DNA of 63,822 nucleotides, filler included, from Stramenopiles sp. TOSAG23-3 (GCA_900128585.1; 6 parts of 6 records of this genome joined end to end with filler, not necessarily neighbours in it); one strand, 5' to 3'; shown: positions 1 to 12,362, numbered from the whole stretch's first letter. Program-made: numbers and translations. Notes: generated from the letters alone by a model not told the origin.

Positions 1-518
1 CAGGGAGAGAGAGAGGGAGGGAGGGAGGGAGGGAGGGAGGAGGATTAATCGGGCAGGCAGCAAAAGGCAAAAAGAAAGAAGAAAGGCAGAAAGGGTCGGG
101 TCAACTTCTTACAACAAAAAATGAGGTCAATCAAATAAAGCAGCAGCAAAGCACCACTTCCTATTTCGTACAATAGCAGAGCAGCAAGCAGTATAAAAAT
201 AATAAAAATATTTTACTTAAAAATAAAATAAAAAATATAATAATAATATATTATTATAATTAAAACGTTCGAGTCCATTGAGATCTAGTGTAGTAGAAAT
301 CCATAATAAAGATGTGTTGAATAAAACAATGTTGTATTTCGGTGAAGGATCATTTTCACATTTGACCATTAATTTGTTCATTCGTTAGCTACTGTTTTTG
401 CCTGCTGAGATTGTTCGAAGAAAGACTCTTTCAGTACTTATTGTAGCGATTGACCTTTGTGTGCGTTCGTTCGGCCTACGTTTGGTGTGTTCGGTTTTTG
501 TAGACAAACCGTTTCGCA

Positions 519-3500
519 ATGGCAGCGCTTTTGTGCCGTTGGCTTAACTCCGATGAGGTTAACATGTCCGTTAAAGTCAAGCCTGCGGGAATAGAAAAGA
601 TTTTTTCAAACGGTTACCACCTGGCAGAAATACTCTGTCGTGCGGAAGCTGCGCGCAACATAGGGATTCTTCACCATGAGGACCTTGCCCTGTTTCGCAA
701 TAGTCGCCACAGGAACGCCGCAATCGAAAACTTCACGTTGCTGCAACCCCTGTTTAAGAAAGTGGGTCTGGTGGTCCCAGTGGACCAGGTTCGTCGTATA
801 GTCATCGAAGAGCGGGGGGCTGCGTCCGACCTGCTGTTCAAATTGAGGTCTGCGTTCAAGTCGAAAGATGGGAAAGTGCCGAAGGTTCAGTTTCGAAAAT
901 TTGACGAGAGCGTCTTCAACTACAACCGTGACAAGAAACCGTTGCTGCCGCAGATACGCAAGTCGACCGTGCTGCACGACACCATCATTGACTCGAAAAG
1001 CTCGAAGCAGAACCGTGACAGTGCTATCCACTTAAGGCACTTTGAAGAAAAACAAAACGAGTGGCAAAAGAAGGTCGCGTACATGGAGGTAGACGAAATA
1101 AAGGCGCTGGAGAAGAAGAACCAATTGAAACGGATGGTGGAAAAGGAAACCTTGGTCGAAAAGAGAAAGTGGACCGTGAACCGCGAAAAAGAAGAGGTGG
1201 AGAGGTGGCAAAAAACCCAAGGCGTAAAAGTATTGCGCCAGCGCAAGCAGTTGGAGTTTGAGCTGAGTGTGCTGGAAAAGCAGAGGCGAAAGAATAAGCT
1301 GCGCCGAAAAAGGATGGGGATCGACCAGAAGCGCGGGATCGAAGCCTTCGACCGTAATCGGAAGCGGCTTGGCGTGGGCGGTGACGAGGAAGAGGAACTT
1401 CCCGAGGACCCCGAGGTTCTAAAGATTGAACGAGTCACTCCTATCGAGCACCTCCAGCGCTTAAAAAAGATCGTGGCTGTGGAGAGCAAAACGTTAGCGG
1501 CGCCTGCTCGCAACTACATGAAAAAGTTGCATGTGAAAAGAGTCACGGACAACATTGCCAGGAAAGAGAGGGAAGCCCGCCAGCGAAAACAAGACGTTGA
1601 TCAGCGGAAAGCGCAAGTGAACGCGGAACAATCGAAGCAAGAAAAGAAAATATTGCAAAAGCTCATCAGCTCTGCGCAAGCGGAACGTGCCGAGGGGCAC
1701 AAACGCTGGGTGGCAAAACACACTGGCATACGAGATATGAAGCGAAAGGCGAAGGTTCTGGAAATGAAACGGGGAGAGTACACCTCCGAGATTGCAACAT
1801 ACTTTGACAACTTCTTCGAGACTGCCAAGGCCGTGGTTGCCGCCCGGCAACCCCAGGAAGCGGCGGAGCGAGAGCGGTTGCGCATCGCTCGTGAGGCGCG
1901 CCAAGCCATGAAATTGAAGGAACACACTGGCTGGATAAATAGTTTTGTAAAACAACTCGTCGGGGTCACCTTAATAGTCGTAGAGGAACACGAAAGGAAT
2001 GCTAGTTTGGGAAGGGAGCCGGTCATTGGAGCCAAGAAATGGCGAATTTTGCGCACCGACTTCGTCCGCGGTCGTATCAGTGCCGATGCCCTTATGGGAG
2101 TGAGTGAGTCGATGTTAGGTGGCATGGATATTACGAGCGAACACCAGCTCGATCTTGCTGATTACAGCGATTACATGTCGAATGCTAGGTCCTGGTCGCC
2201 GTCGACCGAGCTTGCGGGCATTGCGGGGGATAGCGCTTCGGGTTTGGGTCCGTTCGAACGCGCCTTAAAGTCGTTGTCCGGGTCACCGCCACTTCCGGAA
2301 CAAGTGTCGAAGCTAGGCCCATCCGTAATTGGTATTTCTGTCATTGGGGGACCTCTTCTAGGAAAATCCATTGTTTCAGATACTATTGCCCAACGATACC
2401 GAATGCAGGTGGTGTCGGCGTCAAGGACAATTCAAGCCGCCTTGGATTTTGGAAAATCTGATGCGGAACCACAAACTCCCGTAGAGGAAGCTTTCAAGAA
2501 ACTGTCCGAAGAAATTACCGGCATGGAAGAGGACGAGGAACAAACTCTGTTTGTGAAGCTGTTAGACAGTAGAAACTTGGCGTTTGCGATGGTTGAGCAA
2601 GTTGCGGCGGTTGACCAGAAGACTTACGAAGAATGTGGGGGGTGGGTTTGTGACGGCTGGCCTTGGAACGTAGAACAAGCTCGCCTGTTGGAGTTTAAGC
2701 TAAGAGGGCCGATTTGCGATGGGGCGTTTGATCAAAACGCTTCAGCGTTTTTGGATGCTGCCGCCGGCGGGAAGAAGTGGAATCCTCCGCCTCCCCCGAA
2801 CGACGAAGGAGAAGGTGCGGGTTCTGTCATAAACACGGTAATAACAATTTTGCCTCCTGATGAAGAAGAGGAAGAGGGAGAGGAGGAGGAGGAGGGGAAA
2901 GAAGGCGTAAACGATGACGAGGAAGAAAAAGTAGAGCCTGTCGGCACAAAACTTCAGCGTGAGAGGGTCGACAATGTCAAACTCAGCAAAATCACTGGTG
3001 CCGTTGTTAGTGGTATCGGTGGTTCCAGCGATGCGCACAGTGAATATCCATTGCAATACTTTGTTGACAACTGGGAGGAAAGGTACCCTGAAATTGTTTC
3101 GTGGTATGAAGGTAGGTGCCCCGTTGAAGACTTAATAGTTGATCCAACAGACGTGCTGGACGAAGCGATCCCTATGTGCCCCACACGCCTGAACCTTGAA
3201 GCCCAGGACCTTGTCGTGAGCGCCTACAAAGTGCCTTGCAACCGCGTTCCACAAGAGCAAGTGGAAGAGGACCCAGCTGCGGAGCCATCTGCTGAGGAGG
3301 AAACTGTCGAAGAATCCAAGTCTGAAGATGCCGTGCCTGTCACAGAATCTCTGAAAGAACGCTCTCGAGAAAGTCGCTTGTGGGAGTACGAGCGTTCGTC
3401 GATGGAAAAGGCTGTCCGGGACGGCCGCCCTGCCATCGAAGGGCAGAACATAAAACGAGAAAATATCAATGATTTGAATATAACTCTAGCCGTAGCAGGG

Positions 3501-5298
3501 GCCCACTTCAAGGACGCGTCTTTGGATGCTATGAGACAGCTTCGAGAACTAGAAGCATCGCGAAAAATATTCTGGTCGGATGTTCGCAGCAACTTCCGAA
3601 TGTATCTACAGCACAACAAACCTCAAAAACGCTTAGTCTCAAAAATCACAAAGAAAATGTCATCGGTGGGAAACATACTACAGCTTGACGCAAGCCAGTA
3701 CCAAAAGGCGCTCAATAAGCTTCAAGATTTTGCATCCGACACGATCGATGCTTTGTACAGCTTAACGACGAAGAAGCAAGACAATTCTGAAGATCGCATT
3801 AAAAACGTTGAATCGTCGGGGTGGGAGGAGAACTTCATTGGCGCCGCCGAAAAAGCATTTGTCGTGGTTTTAGATGCGGAGACGAAGAAGTTGAGGGACC
3901 AGATAGAATTCACAAGTGCATATTACGAACTGGTTGAAGGTCCTTACAAAACCCAGTTGGCCAAAGTGGGAGAAGGAAACGGTATTAAAACGGTTGGAGA
4001 AGGAAAAGAGGGCGGGTCGACGGGTGTGATAGAGAAAGTGTTTGCGTGGGAGTACTTGCAACGTTATATGCCTTCGTTCTGGAGCAAAATCTTGGACATT
4101 CGCAACAACCCGTACAGCACGGATGACGCAGCCGTGAAGCCCATCGTCCAAGCATACTTCAACAGGGCTGTAATGCTCTGCTATTACGCCTCCATTAGCA
4201 CAGATGAGATTTTAAAAGAGGGTTCTGATAACCTTAAACAGTTGGAAAACTGGATGGGTGACATAATCAACTTTGAAAGTGCCTCCGTTTCCGAATACTC
4301 CTATATTGTTCGCACGGCTGTGGATTGTATCAGCAGAGGAGACCCGCTTCCGGAACTGCGCCTGGCATACACTCAATCGATCGAAGATACTGAAGTTTCC
4401 AGGACAATTTTAGACGGGCAAGGGGGGGGGGGTGACTAAGCCATCTTTTGCGCTTGATGTGGAACGGGTCCGGTTAGTAGTTCGAAAGTTAAGGGAAGTG
4501 GCCCGCGGGAAGAGCAGCAATTCGTTGCACGCCGCGCATTTTGTATCCACCGATGCGTTTGTCAGTTCAATGATCGAACTGTGCTCCGACGGGTCACTTG
4601 GACAGGCCTGGGGAGCTCTGGACAAATATCACTTTACGAAAATTGCAAAAACGATGGACCACTCGTCCTCTGGCAAAGTGTACTGGCGTGAATTCATTCA
4701 GACACTGATATGTGCCCTCGTTCCCAAGAATTGTTTGCCAACGCCAATGCAACTCTGCAGAATGTACACAGATTTTACGGTGAAAGACAATGCAAGTCCA
4801 ACCTTGAGCTCTGCTGATGCCGTTGAATGGACCGAATATTCGCAAGTAACGTTGTGGTTTGAAAAATTGGGCGAAGAAAAGTTTGATCTAGACTTGGGCC
4901 AGCAGCTTCGTGACCTTTACTGGTACATCTGGGTCGGTGGCAGTGGGAATGGCTTCCTTGGATACCGTCTGTTTTTGTTTCACTTGTGCTTGGATCCACG
5001 TCGTGGTCCTGGAAATCTCCGAGCGGTGGGGCTTCACAAAGCGTGGATATTGATGTGTGAAATTAAAGGGAAAAAGGACTTGCGGCTGAACTGTCAGAGT
5101 ATCATAGAACTCATGTCTATGGAATGCTACAATCCTAGATTCATAAAAGTGTCCAGGCTATTCACTTCCGAAGATATTCAAGATTTGGGCTTTGAAATCA
5201 CTTACAACGAATTTGTGTCCCGCGCAGATTCGATGGGGTGGTTTGATGATGCGGACGCTTTTCCTTACTTTTTGAAGGACATCTTTCGCGATTTGTAA
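519..5298 (+). CDS. SPEF2: Sperm flagellar protein 2 / central-pair CPC1-like protein, split into 519-4439 and 4432-5298 by one frameshift
   Basis: N-terminal CH-like domain (FSNGYHLAEIL...ENFTLLQPLF...IVIEERGAASDLLFKL), long coiled coil and adenylate-kinase-like region (GGPLLGKS; GGWVCDGWPWNVEQARLLE). The downstream ORF has an EF-hand-like C-terminus (MDHSSSGKVYWREF). An 11-G run at 4422-4432 sits at the frame change. Confidence 0.8.
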
Positions 5299-5372
5299 AA
5301 AACGAGGCGCGCGTGCCGTGCAACCTTTTTATAATTGCATTTTGGAAAGCTCTCATAGTCATATATTTTTAA

Positions 5373-5558
5373 AAACAAGAAAATTGGCTGTTATTTAAGT
5401 AATATTTTTAAAAAACAAGAAAAATTGGCTGTTATTATATTTTTTTAATTTAAAAACAAGAAGCAGTTTCGCAGTTCACTGAAGGAATGCAAAAACCTAG
5501 AATGTCTAAATCTAGATTTCTGTTTTAATTACTTAAATAACAGCCAATTTTCTTGTTT
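5373..5558. repeat. 31-bp perfect inverted repeat (5373-5403 / 5528-5558) with extra direct partial copies between convergent genes
   Basis: AAACAAGAAAATTGGCTGTTATTTAAGTAAT and its reverse complement; a second direct copy at ~5411-5435 and a partial one at ~5452-5462. Confidence 0.85.
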
Positions 5559-5581
5559 AATTTAGCCTCCCTCCCCCCGCT

Positions 5582-6325
5582 CTATAACTTTACTTCTGCC
5601 TTTGGACACCATTTCAAATCGAAGATTGTTTCCTTTGAGTCCTCATTATTATTTTCCCTCACCGTAACTTCACAAGCACGGACATCACAATTTTCAAACC
5701 GACGCTTCATTCCTTCGTCCGCGTGCACCAGAGGGTGCTCGTTAAAAAGTGCATGAAATATTCCGCCATGCGCTGCGAGCACAACGTGTTTGTTTGTGGC
5801 CCTTCTCTCCCAAATAAAATCCAAAGTTTTTCGTCCACGCTCTGCACAATCCCCCGCCGACTCCAATTCTTTTTCATCCCATAAAACATCTTCTTCAGTT
5901 TCCAGGTACGAAAAGTCCACCCCCGGATACTTTTTAGTCAGTTCTGACGATTTCATTCGTTTTGCGTTTAACAGCCAGCCGTTCCGTTCTCTAATATTTT
6001 CGTTACAAATGAACGGAACTTCTTCGCACTTTTTTGGGAATACCAGCATAGCTGTATCAATCGCTCGACTCAGTGGAGAAGAAACAATAAGATCTATTTC
6101 TGGCAAAGTGTCCGTCTTACTAATACTCCTTCTATTCGCTGACGACAGCCCTTTGGCCTGCTTTATTCCTACGTCCGTTAGTGGAGCGTCGAACGCGTCG
6201 TCTTCTCTCATTAATTTCAAGAACTCGTCGAAAGAGCACCCATTTCTTCTTGCAACCTCTGCCCTTGGATTGTGCTTCGCTTGGCCGTGCCGAAGAAACG
6301 TGATAAACTGTTTTCTGCAGGCCAT
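5582..6325 (-). CDS. Histidine phosphatase superfamily (phosphoglycerate mutase-like) protein
   Basis: FLRHGQAKHN (RHG), DAPLTDVG, SSPLSRAIDTA and AHGG motifs. Confidence 0.92.
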   Translation of the reverse strand: MACRKQFITFLRHGQAKHNPRAEVARRNGCSFDEFLKLMREDDAFDAPLTDVGIKQAKGLSSANRRSISKTDTLPEIDLIVSSPLSRAIDTAMLVFPKKCEEVPFICNENIRERNGWLLNAKRMKSSELTKKYPGVDFSYLETEEDVLWDEKELESAGDCAERGRKTLDFIWERRATNKHVVLAAHGGIFHALFNEHPLVHADEGMKRRFENCDVRACEVTVRENNNEDSKETIFDLKWCPKAEVKL

Positions 6326-6913
6326 TTAAGCAACACCAGAAAATATATATCTTCGTCGTAGACTAGGGCTTGTTTTAAATTGAATACAAAATAAGCTTTC
6401 GTTGAAGACCTCGGGCTTTGATAACGTGGACAAAAAAAATTACGTGAGCAATTATTTCGTTCCTCGTCAATTTTACTTTGTTGCACTGGCCGTGCCGTAC
6501 CAATCAGAGAACCAGGTAACCAGGTACCGGTACCAAAAAATCTTCTTTGTTGTCATCATCATCATCTCATCATCAATTATTTCATCAATTGATTGTCGTC
6601 AGCTGCTGTGTCTTGTTCTATATATAATTATACTATTATAGTGTAGTAATAATTTTAAAAAATTTACTTATTATAATAGTAAGTAAAATATAATATTATT
6701 ATAGAATTAATTATGAGAGAAGTACAATAATGGAGGAGTAAATGAGTCTAGAATGATGTGTGACAATATCTATGAGCGTTTGTTTGAATGATGCGGACTA
6801 ATTCTTGCATTAGGTTTGCAAAAAAACATTACGAAGACAGAAAAAGGGGGGGGGGGGATTCTTCACGTTGGATTTAGTGGACCTTTGAATAAGAAATTTT
6901 GTGTGACGGGCAT

Positions 6914-7987
6914 ATGCTTAAAGACAAACAGAAGAAAGTATCCGGCATGAAATCCCGTTCGAAACGTTCTGGGAAATACAACAAACGGAAGGGGTTTGAT
7001 GACAGTTGCGACCATGTCCTGGTTGCTCTTCTGAGAACTTGCCAATACCTTCCCATCATTATTTTCTTGGGGGCTATAGTTGCCGGTGTGGTCGCCTTGG
7101 TTATTTCAACAAACATGTCCAAAAAGCCTTTCCTTTCAGAGGAGGCCCCCCAGATAGTTGGGAAGGATAAATGGGTGGTCTTGTCTACTTTTGCGGACGA
7201 AGACTGCACTCAAGCAGTCAAATTGCCGTACACAAAGGCAGTCAGACTTAACTACTGTGCAAGAATGTATACTCGGTCTACTAAGTACGTGCTGGACCCG
7301 CAGACGAATTCTCTGGTACTGGAAGAATACGAAGGAGAGGACTGCATTGCGAACCAAGAACCATCCCGTACTACTTCGAACTTCACTAGGTGTCAACGGG
7401 ACGGCAACTCCTCCTATTTTGTTAAATCTTTCCAGACCCTGGACAGCGTTAATCTTGACCCGAAAAACCCAACCTCGAAAGAGTTTCCGAAATTGCTCCT
7501 GTACCCCGAAATACAATTTCTTGAGCCTGAAGTGGAAGAAAAGGCGGACCTTCAGGGTAAACGAAGAACAAAAGACCAATCAATGACCGCTGGAAAATGC
7601 TTCGTTCAAGTAATGGATGAAGTCAATACCGGTTACATGCTTACCGACAATTCCATTATCAGAGAAAGTAAATACCAACAGCATGCAAACAATAACTGCT
7701 TCAAGTTCGAAGGAAAGTGGGCGTGGATCTGGGTATACGACTCTACCGCACCCTCTTATGAGAATGGCTTTTATTCGACTTGGGCCGAAGAGTATTTCTG
7801 GGGAGCGGCCATCTTAGTGTTTGTTCTGATTGCCCTCAATGTACTACAAGAAATCTACCTCATGGTGACTGATGAAGAGTATGAATGGGGGTGGGCAAGC
7901 GCGCCGTCCAGCACAAAAGATGGTGCTACGGCTAGCCAAAAGGCATTGGCAAAGTCTGTGATTACTCCACAAAAGAGAAAGAAGTGA
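6914..7987 (+). CDS. Hypothetical two-TM membrane protein with Cys-containing extracellular loop
   Basis: Long ORF with first ATG at 6914; hydrophobic spans IIIFLGAIVAGVVALVI and WGAAILVFVLIALNVL; basic cytosolic ends. Confidence 0.7.
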   Translation: MLKDKQKKVSGMKSRSKRSGKYNKRKGFDDSCDHVLVALLRTCQYLPIIIFLGAIVAGVVALVISTNMSKKPFLSEEAPQIVGKDKWVVLSTFADEDCTQAVKLPYTKAVRLNYCARMYTRSTKYVLDPQTNSLVLEEYEGEDCIANQEPSRTTSNFTRCQRDGNSSYFVKSFQTLDSVNLDPKNPTSKEFPKLLLYPEIQFLEPEVEEKADLQGKRRTKDQSMTAGKCFVQVMDEVNTGYMLTDNSIIRESKYQQHANNNCFKFEGKWAWIWVYDSTAPSYENGFYSTWAEEYFWGAAILVFVLIALNVLQEIYLMVTDEEYEWGWASAPSSTKDGATASQKALAKSVITPQKRKK

Positions 7988-8410
7988 GTATGTGTTCTTA
8001 ATTTTACATCACTAAAGTATTTATTAGTTATACTATATAATTTGTTTTTTTTTTTAGAATTTACATACACATTTTTCTTTTCTTCAAAATACCAGGTTGA
8101 TTTACCTGTCTAGTTCAACATTGTTTCCAATGCTCTGTCCTCTTCTTTTTTTTTTGTTATTTATTATTATAAAGCACCCCCCCCCCACCTAACACCACCG
8201 CCTCATATAACCACCACATATTACACATACACTTCACTTTTCAAACTATTGTTCTCGCTTTGATGATTTAACAAATCTCCGATCGTACTAACATCCGATT
8301 TGATTCCGAAAAAACAAAAAGCATCATATATATGCAAACCGAAAGGAAAAGGCCCAGCATTTCGAACAGAAATTTGTTTTTTTGTTACATTTTTTGCTGA
8401 AAGCGGGTGC

Positions 8411-9250
8411 ATGGGTTCTGGTGCATCTTCCGTCGGCACTATAAAGAAAAAATACAAACGATTACCGCCATTTACACCTGGTGAAATTGCAAAGCACGGT
8501 CCGAATTTAATTGGCACTGAGGTTCATCTTATCGGTTACATTGGGCTCCGTGAGGAAAAGTCTAAAAAGTATGTCGTGTACTCACCATTCAACAGAGATG
8601 AGTATGGTGTGTATATCAAAATCAATGTAAGAAAACCGTTGCAAGGAAAGACTGTAAAGAAAACCTTTACAGCGAAAGCCGGTTCGTGCTTTACGTTATG
8701 CGATGGAAAGGGCCGAGACAATGTGGTAATTTCAATGGAGAACGCAGACGATTGGCAAGCTAACCTTTCTGTCTCAAACAGGCATTACAACATAGAATGT
8801 GCAGATCACTCAAGAGCACTGCTGCGCGCAGGGGGGCAGTTTGATGGAAACAGAAATGGTATGATAGACCGCCCAGATTTAAAACCATTTTGGGTGACAT
8901 TTCAAAATGGAAACGATCCATTATACCGTTTACAAACTGGAGCCGATAAGATGTTTGGTGGCAGGCCCCGAAACGCTCTTGAGTATATATTGCACCTAAA
9001 TGAAAAAGTTTCAATTGTGGGGGTACTGGAAATGGATGCGAATACAAATCAGTACATTTTGTTGCCAACAAAAAACACCGTAAAGAAGGGCAAAACGAAA
9101 ATAGAAAAAATCGGTGGAATTACCAACTTAAGCAGCCTGTCTTCAGCACTAAAAGAAAAGTCTGGAGACGCGAGCCAAGTGACCAGCATTGACATCGATA
9201 AAGATTTGATTATGGTGTCCATGTCCGAAATTTCTGAAGTGAAAGTGTGA
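8411..9250 (+). CDS. Putative N-myristoylated protein with GIDE-like beta domain
   Basis: ATG at 8411 gives MGSGASS (myristoylation consensus). SPF..EYGVY, FTLCDGKG and EYILHLNEKVSIVG resemble GIDE-domain motifs. Confidence 0.55.
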   Translation: MGSGASSVGTIKKKYKRLPPFTPGEIAKHGPNLIGTEVHLIGYIGLREEKSKKYVVYSPFNRDEYGVYIKINVRKPLQGKTVKKTFTAKAGSCFTLCDGKGRDNVVISMENADDWQANLSVSNRHYNIECADHSRALLRAGGQFDGNRNGMIDRPDLKPFWVTFQNGNDPLYRLQTGADKMFGGRPRNALEYILHLNEKVSIVGVLEMDANTNQYILLPTKNTVKKGKTKIEKIGGITNLSSLSSALKEKSGDASQVTSIDIDKDLIMVSMSEISEVKV

Positions 9251-9375
9251 GAGACGAAGGCTACAAAGTATGAATTTAATGTTTCATTAAAAATTCTTTT
9301 TAACTCACTGGTGCGAAATGTTTACGTACTTCGTACTAGAAGTTGGTGTTGTTGTTCTCCGAGCACCATCGTCCC

Positions 9376-9840
9376 TTATTTAACCGCGCCACAGCTCATC
9401 ATCATCTTCTTGAACTCATCAAAACTAATTGTCCCATCACCGTCGACGTCGGCTTCGTCAACGATCCATTTCACTTCCGCTGGGGTCAGTGGTTCATCCA
9501 AATTCGACAACACATGCGCCAACTCTGAAGCGCCAATGTTACCGCTACCATCTTCGTCAAAGACTTTGAATACCTCTATAATGTCTGCTTCCGAGTTCTC
9601 GTCACTCATACGATTCTCCATTAACTCGCAAAACTCGTCGAAATCAATCGTTCCGTCGCCGTCTTCATCGATCTCGTTGATCATCTGAACGATTTCCTCC
9701 TCGGTCGGTTCTTGCCCCATCTTGCGCAAAACTGTGCCCAGTTCATCGTTGGTTATAAAACCGTTACCATCCAAATCAAACAAAGCAAACGCTTGCTTCA
9801 TTTGATTCCTCTCATGCTCGTTAAACTTTTTTTTGGGCAT
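9376..9840 (-). CDS. Calmodulin-like protein (4 EF-hands)
   Basis: Loops [36 protein letters not shown] and [32 protein letters not shown] at 9840. Diverged from canonical calmodulin. Confidence 0.93.
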   Translation of the reverse strand: MPKKKFNEHERNQMKQAFALFDLDGNGFITNDELGTVLRKMGQEPTEEEIVQMINEIDEDGDGTIDFDEFCELMENRMSDENSEADIIEVFKVFDEDGSGNIGASELAHVLSNLDEPLTPAEVKWIVDEADVDGDGTISFDEFKKMMMSCGAVK

Positions 9841-10435
9841 TCCTCTTCCAATTTGCAATAAAGGCGGTTCGGTTCGTCTTAAAACACAACAGTGAATTCA
9901 ATCTTTCTTGGAAATCGTTCGTTTCTTTCTCGGGTTCGTAAGTTGCGCTCTTCGAAAACTTACAGAGCTTTTCTCTTCCGGCAATACTCTGAATATATAA
10001 ATGAATCAATTTTTCCTCAGAGAAGAAAGGTACTTTTAATATATATATATTGCCGCGTTCTCTATAATTTAGTCTAATTTTTCTAAGGGGATATAATAAT
10101 ATATTAGAGTTTATTATTTTAATATATTATTATAATGATGAAAAAGAAAAGAAGGAAGAAGGAAGAAGAAGGAAAATTACTACAGTAATAATTACAGTAT
10201 AAATATTATAATAATAATTAAAATAAATTTCTTCTTCAACGGTAAAAAACCTTGCCCTCTCGCTGTAGTGGCAGACGGTAAAAAATTGCTATACTAATTT
10301 AGTATACTAATTATATAGTTAATAAGCAACATTTATTAATCAGTACATTTTTTTTAGTTTGAAGTTGTTCTTTTTAGTTTAAATAGTAGTACAATATAAA
10401 AAATACCTGAATATTTTTCCTATTTAATAACTTGA

Positions 10436-11899
10436 TTAAATAGGGGGAATACCCCTCCCTTCTTTTTGCTTTTGTGGCAAAGAGGATGGGGCTTGGGGGG
10501 GGAGGGGAGGGGCGGGGGGGGGCTTCGCAGTCGTCATCGATGCCCGCCGGAGCAAGCTTTTGCGTCGGGGCGCATTTATGCGCTTGTTCGGGTTTTCTAC
10601 AAATGCTTCTTCCGCTTTCAAGAAAAAGTTTTTCCACGAGACTTCCCCGTCCCCGTCTACGTCCATGTCCTGGAATGCTGTAACTGCGTCGTTCAGAGCG
10701 TTTTCTCCAAATATCTTCGCCACCGAGGATCTTCTGCCTTTCTTGAACGCTTTCACCAGGTCGATTTGGGTGATTGTGCCATTTTTCATTGTATCGATCT
10801 CGTCGTATACAGAACGGTACAAAAGCTCCCGGGTCATGGGCGGGGGGAACGGAATTTCCATGCCACTATGGAGCGGCGGTGCGGGCGCTAGGTCCGTCGG
10901 ACCCTCGTCTTGTTCTTCATCCACAAGAAAAGCGCTTTCACAGTTGCTGAAAAATTTCTCGTACTTCACGCGCCCATCGTCGTCGGCATCCAACTTTTGA
11001 AAGACTTTCATGGCGTGGTCGGTGTTCTTATGACCGAATATCATCGAAATGGACGAGCGCCGCTTCCCCATTGCCTTGACCAAATCTTTCTGCGAGATAA
11101 AGCCTTTGTTCGCGACGTCGATCGACTTGTACACGGATCTATAGAGCAAGTCCCGCGTCATCGGTGGAGGACGGGGGGCTTTTCCTGACATCATTACAGG
11201 GGGTGCGTCCGTTCTGTCCTTCGGGTCTTTTGCCCTGTATGTCTTGACGTGGTTGGTGAACGCGAGTTCTGCGCCGACAAAAAACTGCTCGAACGTTACC
11301 TTCCCGGTTCGGTCTGCGTCTAATGTACAAAACGACTGCAGGGCCCTGCTAGATCGTTGCGGACCAAACACTTTCACCAACTCGCTGCGCTTGTCTTTCA
11401 TCGCTTTCGTCAAATCTTTCAAGGACACCCACCCCTTCTTGATCTTGTCAACAGAGTTGAAGACGGACCGGTAAAGCATTTCCCGGCTCATTGGGGGCGG
11501 AAGAGGGACGGACTTGCCCCCCACATTCGAAGCTGGCTTTTTTCCCTCGGTGCTGTCCCTGCGCTTCAACGCTCGCGCCACCTGGGACTCGGATAACGCC
11601 AGCGTTGCCCCTTTCAAGAACTGTTCCATTGTAATCTCCCCGGCCCCAGTGACGTCTAAGCGCCCAAAGGCATGGAGCAGCTCGTCGCTACTCTTCTTCC
11701 CAAAATATTCGTTCAAAAGCGACGTTCGATCTCGCAAAGCGAGGAGAAGTGCGTGGGGGGTGATTGTATTGGAGGAGTTGCCATTTAACGAGGCAACTTC
11801 TTTGAACACGCTCTTTAGCCTGTCTTGCTTTTCGTCCGTCCCTGTTTTCCAAGAACCCCTCGTTCCCGGTGCCTTCCGGTAAACTGTATTGAAGGACAT
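10436..11899 (-). CDS. EF-hand repeat protein: four EF-hand-pair modules with Pro-rich linkers
   Basis: Three copies of PPPM(S/T)R(E/D)(M/L)LYRSV; loops DVTGAGEITMEQF, DADRTGKVTFEQF, DADDDGRVKYEKF and DVDGDGEVSWKNF. Confidence 0.85.
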   Translation of the reverse strand: MSFNTVYRKAPGTRGSWKTGTDEKQDRLKSVFKEVASLNGNSSNTITPHALLLALRDRTSLLNEYFGKKSSDELLHAFGRLDVTGAGEITMEQFLKGATLALSESQVARALKRRDSTEGKKPASNVGGKSVPLPPPMSREMLYRSVFNSVDKIKKGWVSLKDLTKAMKDKRSELVKVFGPQRSSRALQSFCTLDADRTGKVTFEQFFVGAELAFTNHVKTYRAKDPKDRTDAPPVMMSGKAPRPPPMTRDLLYRSVYKSIDVANKGFISQKDLVKAMGKRRSSISMIFGHKNTDHAMKVFQKLDADDDGRVKYEKFFSNCESAFLVDEEQDEGPTDLAPAPPLHSGMEIPFPPPMTRELLYRSVYDEIDTMKNGTITQIDLVKAFKKGRRSSVAKIFGENALNDAVTAFQDMDVDGDGEVSWKNFFLKAEEAFVENPNKRINAPRRKSLLRRASMTTAKPPPAPPLPPQAPSSLPQKQKEGRGIPPI

Positions 11900-12362
11900 C
11901 TGTTCCCGTGCCCAAAATGAATGCTACGTTTCCGTTCCCCACAAATTGATTGTTTTGCAAGAACTAACCACAAAATATTGTTCTATACCTGGTCTCTCAA
12001 TTTGTTTCAAGAACAACAAAGAAAACCAAAACGTACTTTGATCCGATGAAGTGTTAGCGTGTAGTATAACGGACGGTGGGGTTATTTTTGAGACTTCAAT
12101 CAATATCTTCAGGTCAGAGAGAGAGAAAAAAAATGGGAGAGAGAGAAGGATAATGTTTAATTTTTTCTTTGTAACATTTGTTTTGGAAATGTCTCTTCTT
12201 GTTGTATTTTTCCCACATTCTAAATAAATAATCATATGCCATAAAATTTTATTATCTTTATAATAATATTGGCATTATATATTAATATTGCTCGCTTTTC
12301 TAATTTACTCTAATTTCTTCTGGGAGCTTCTAATGGTCCTTAAAACATTTATTGTAAACAAA

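Noticed and set aside
9376..9393. C-terminal prenylation signal on the calmodulin-like protein
   Set aside because: Ends CGAVK; the Cys is fifth from the end, not a CaaX box.
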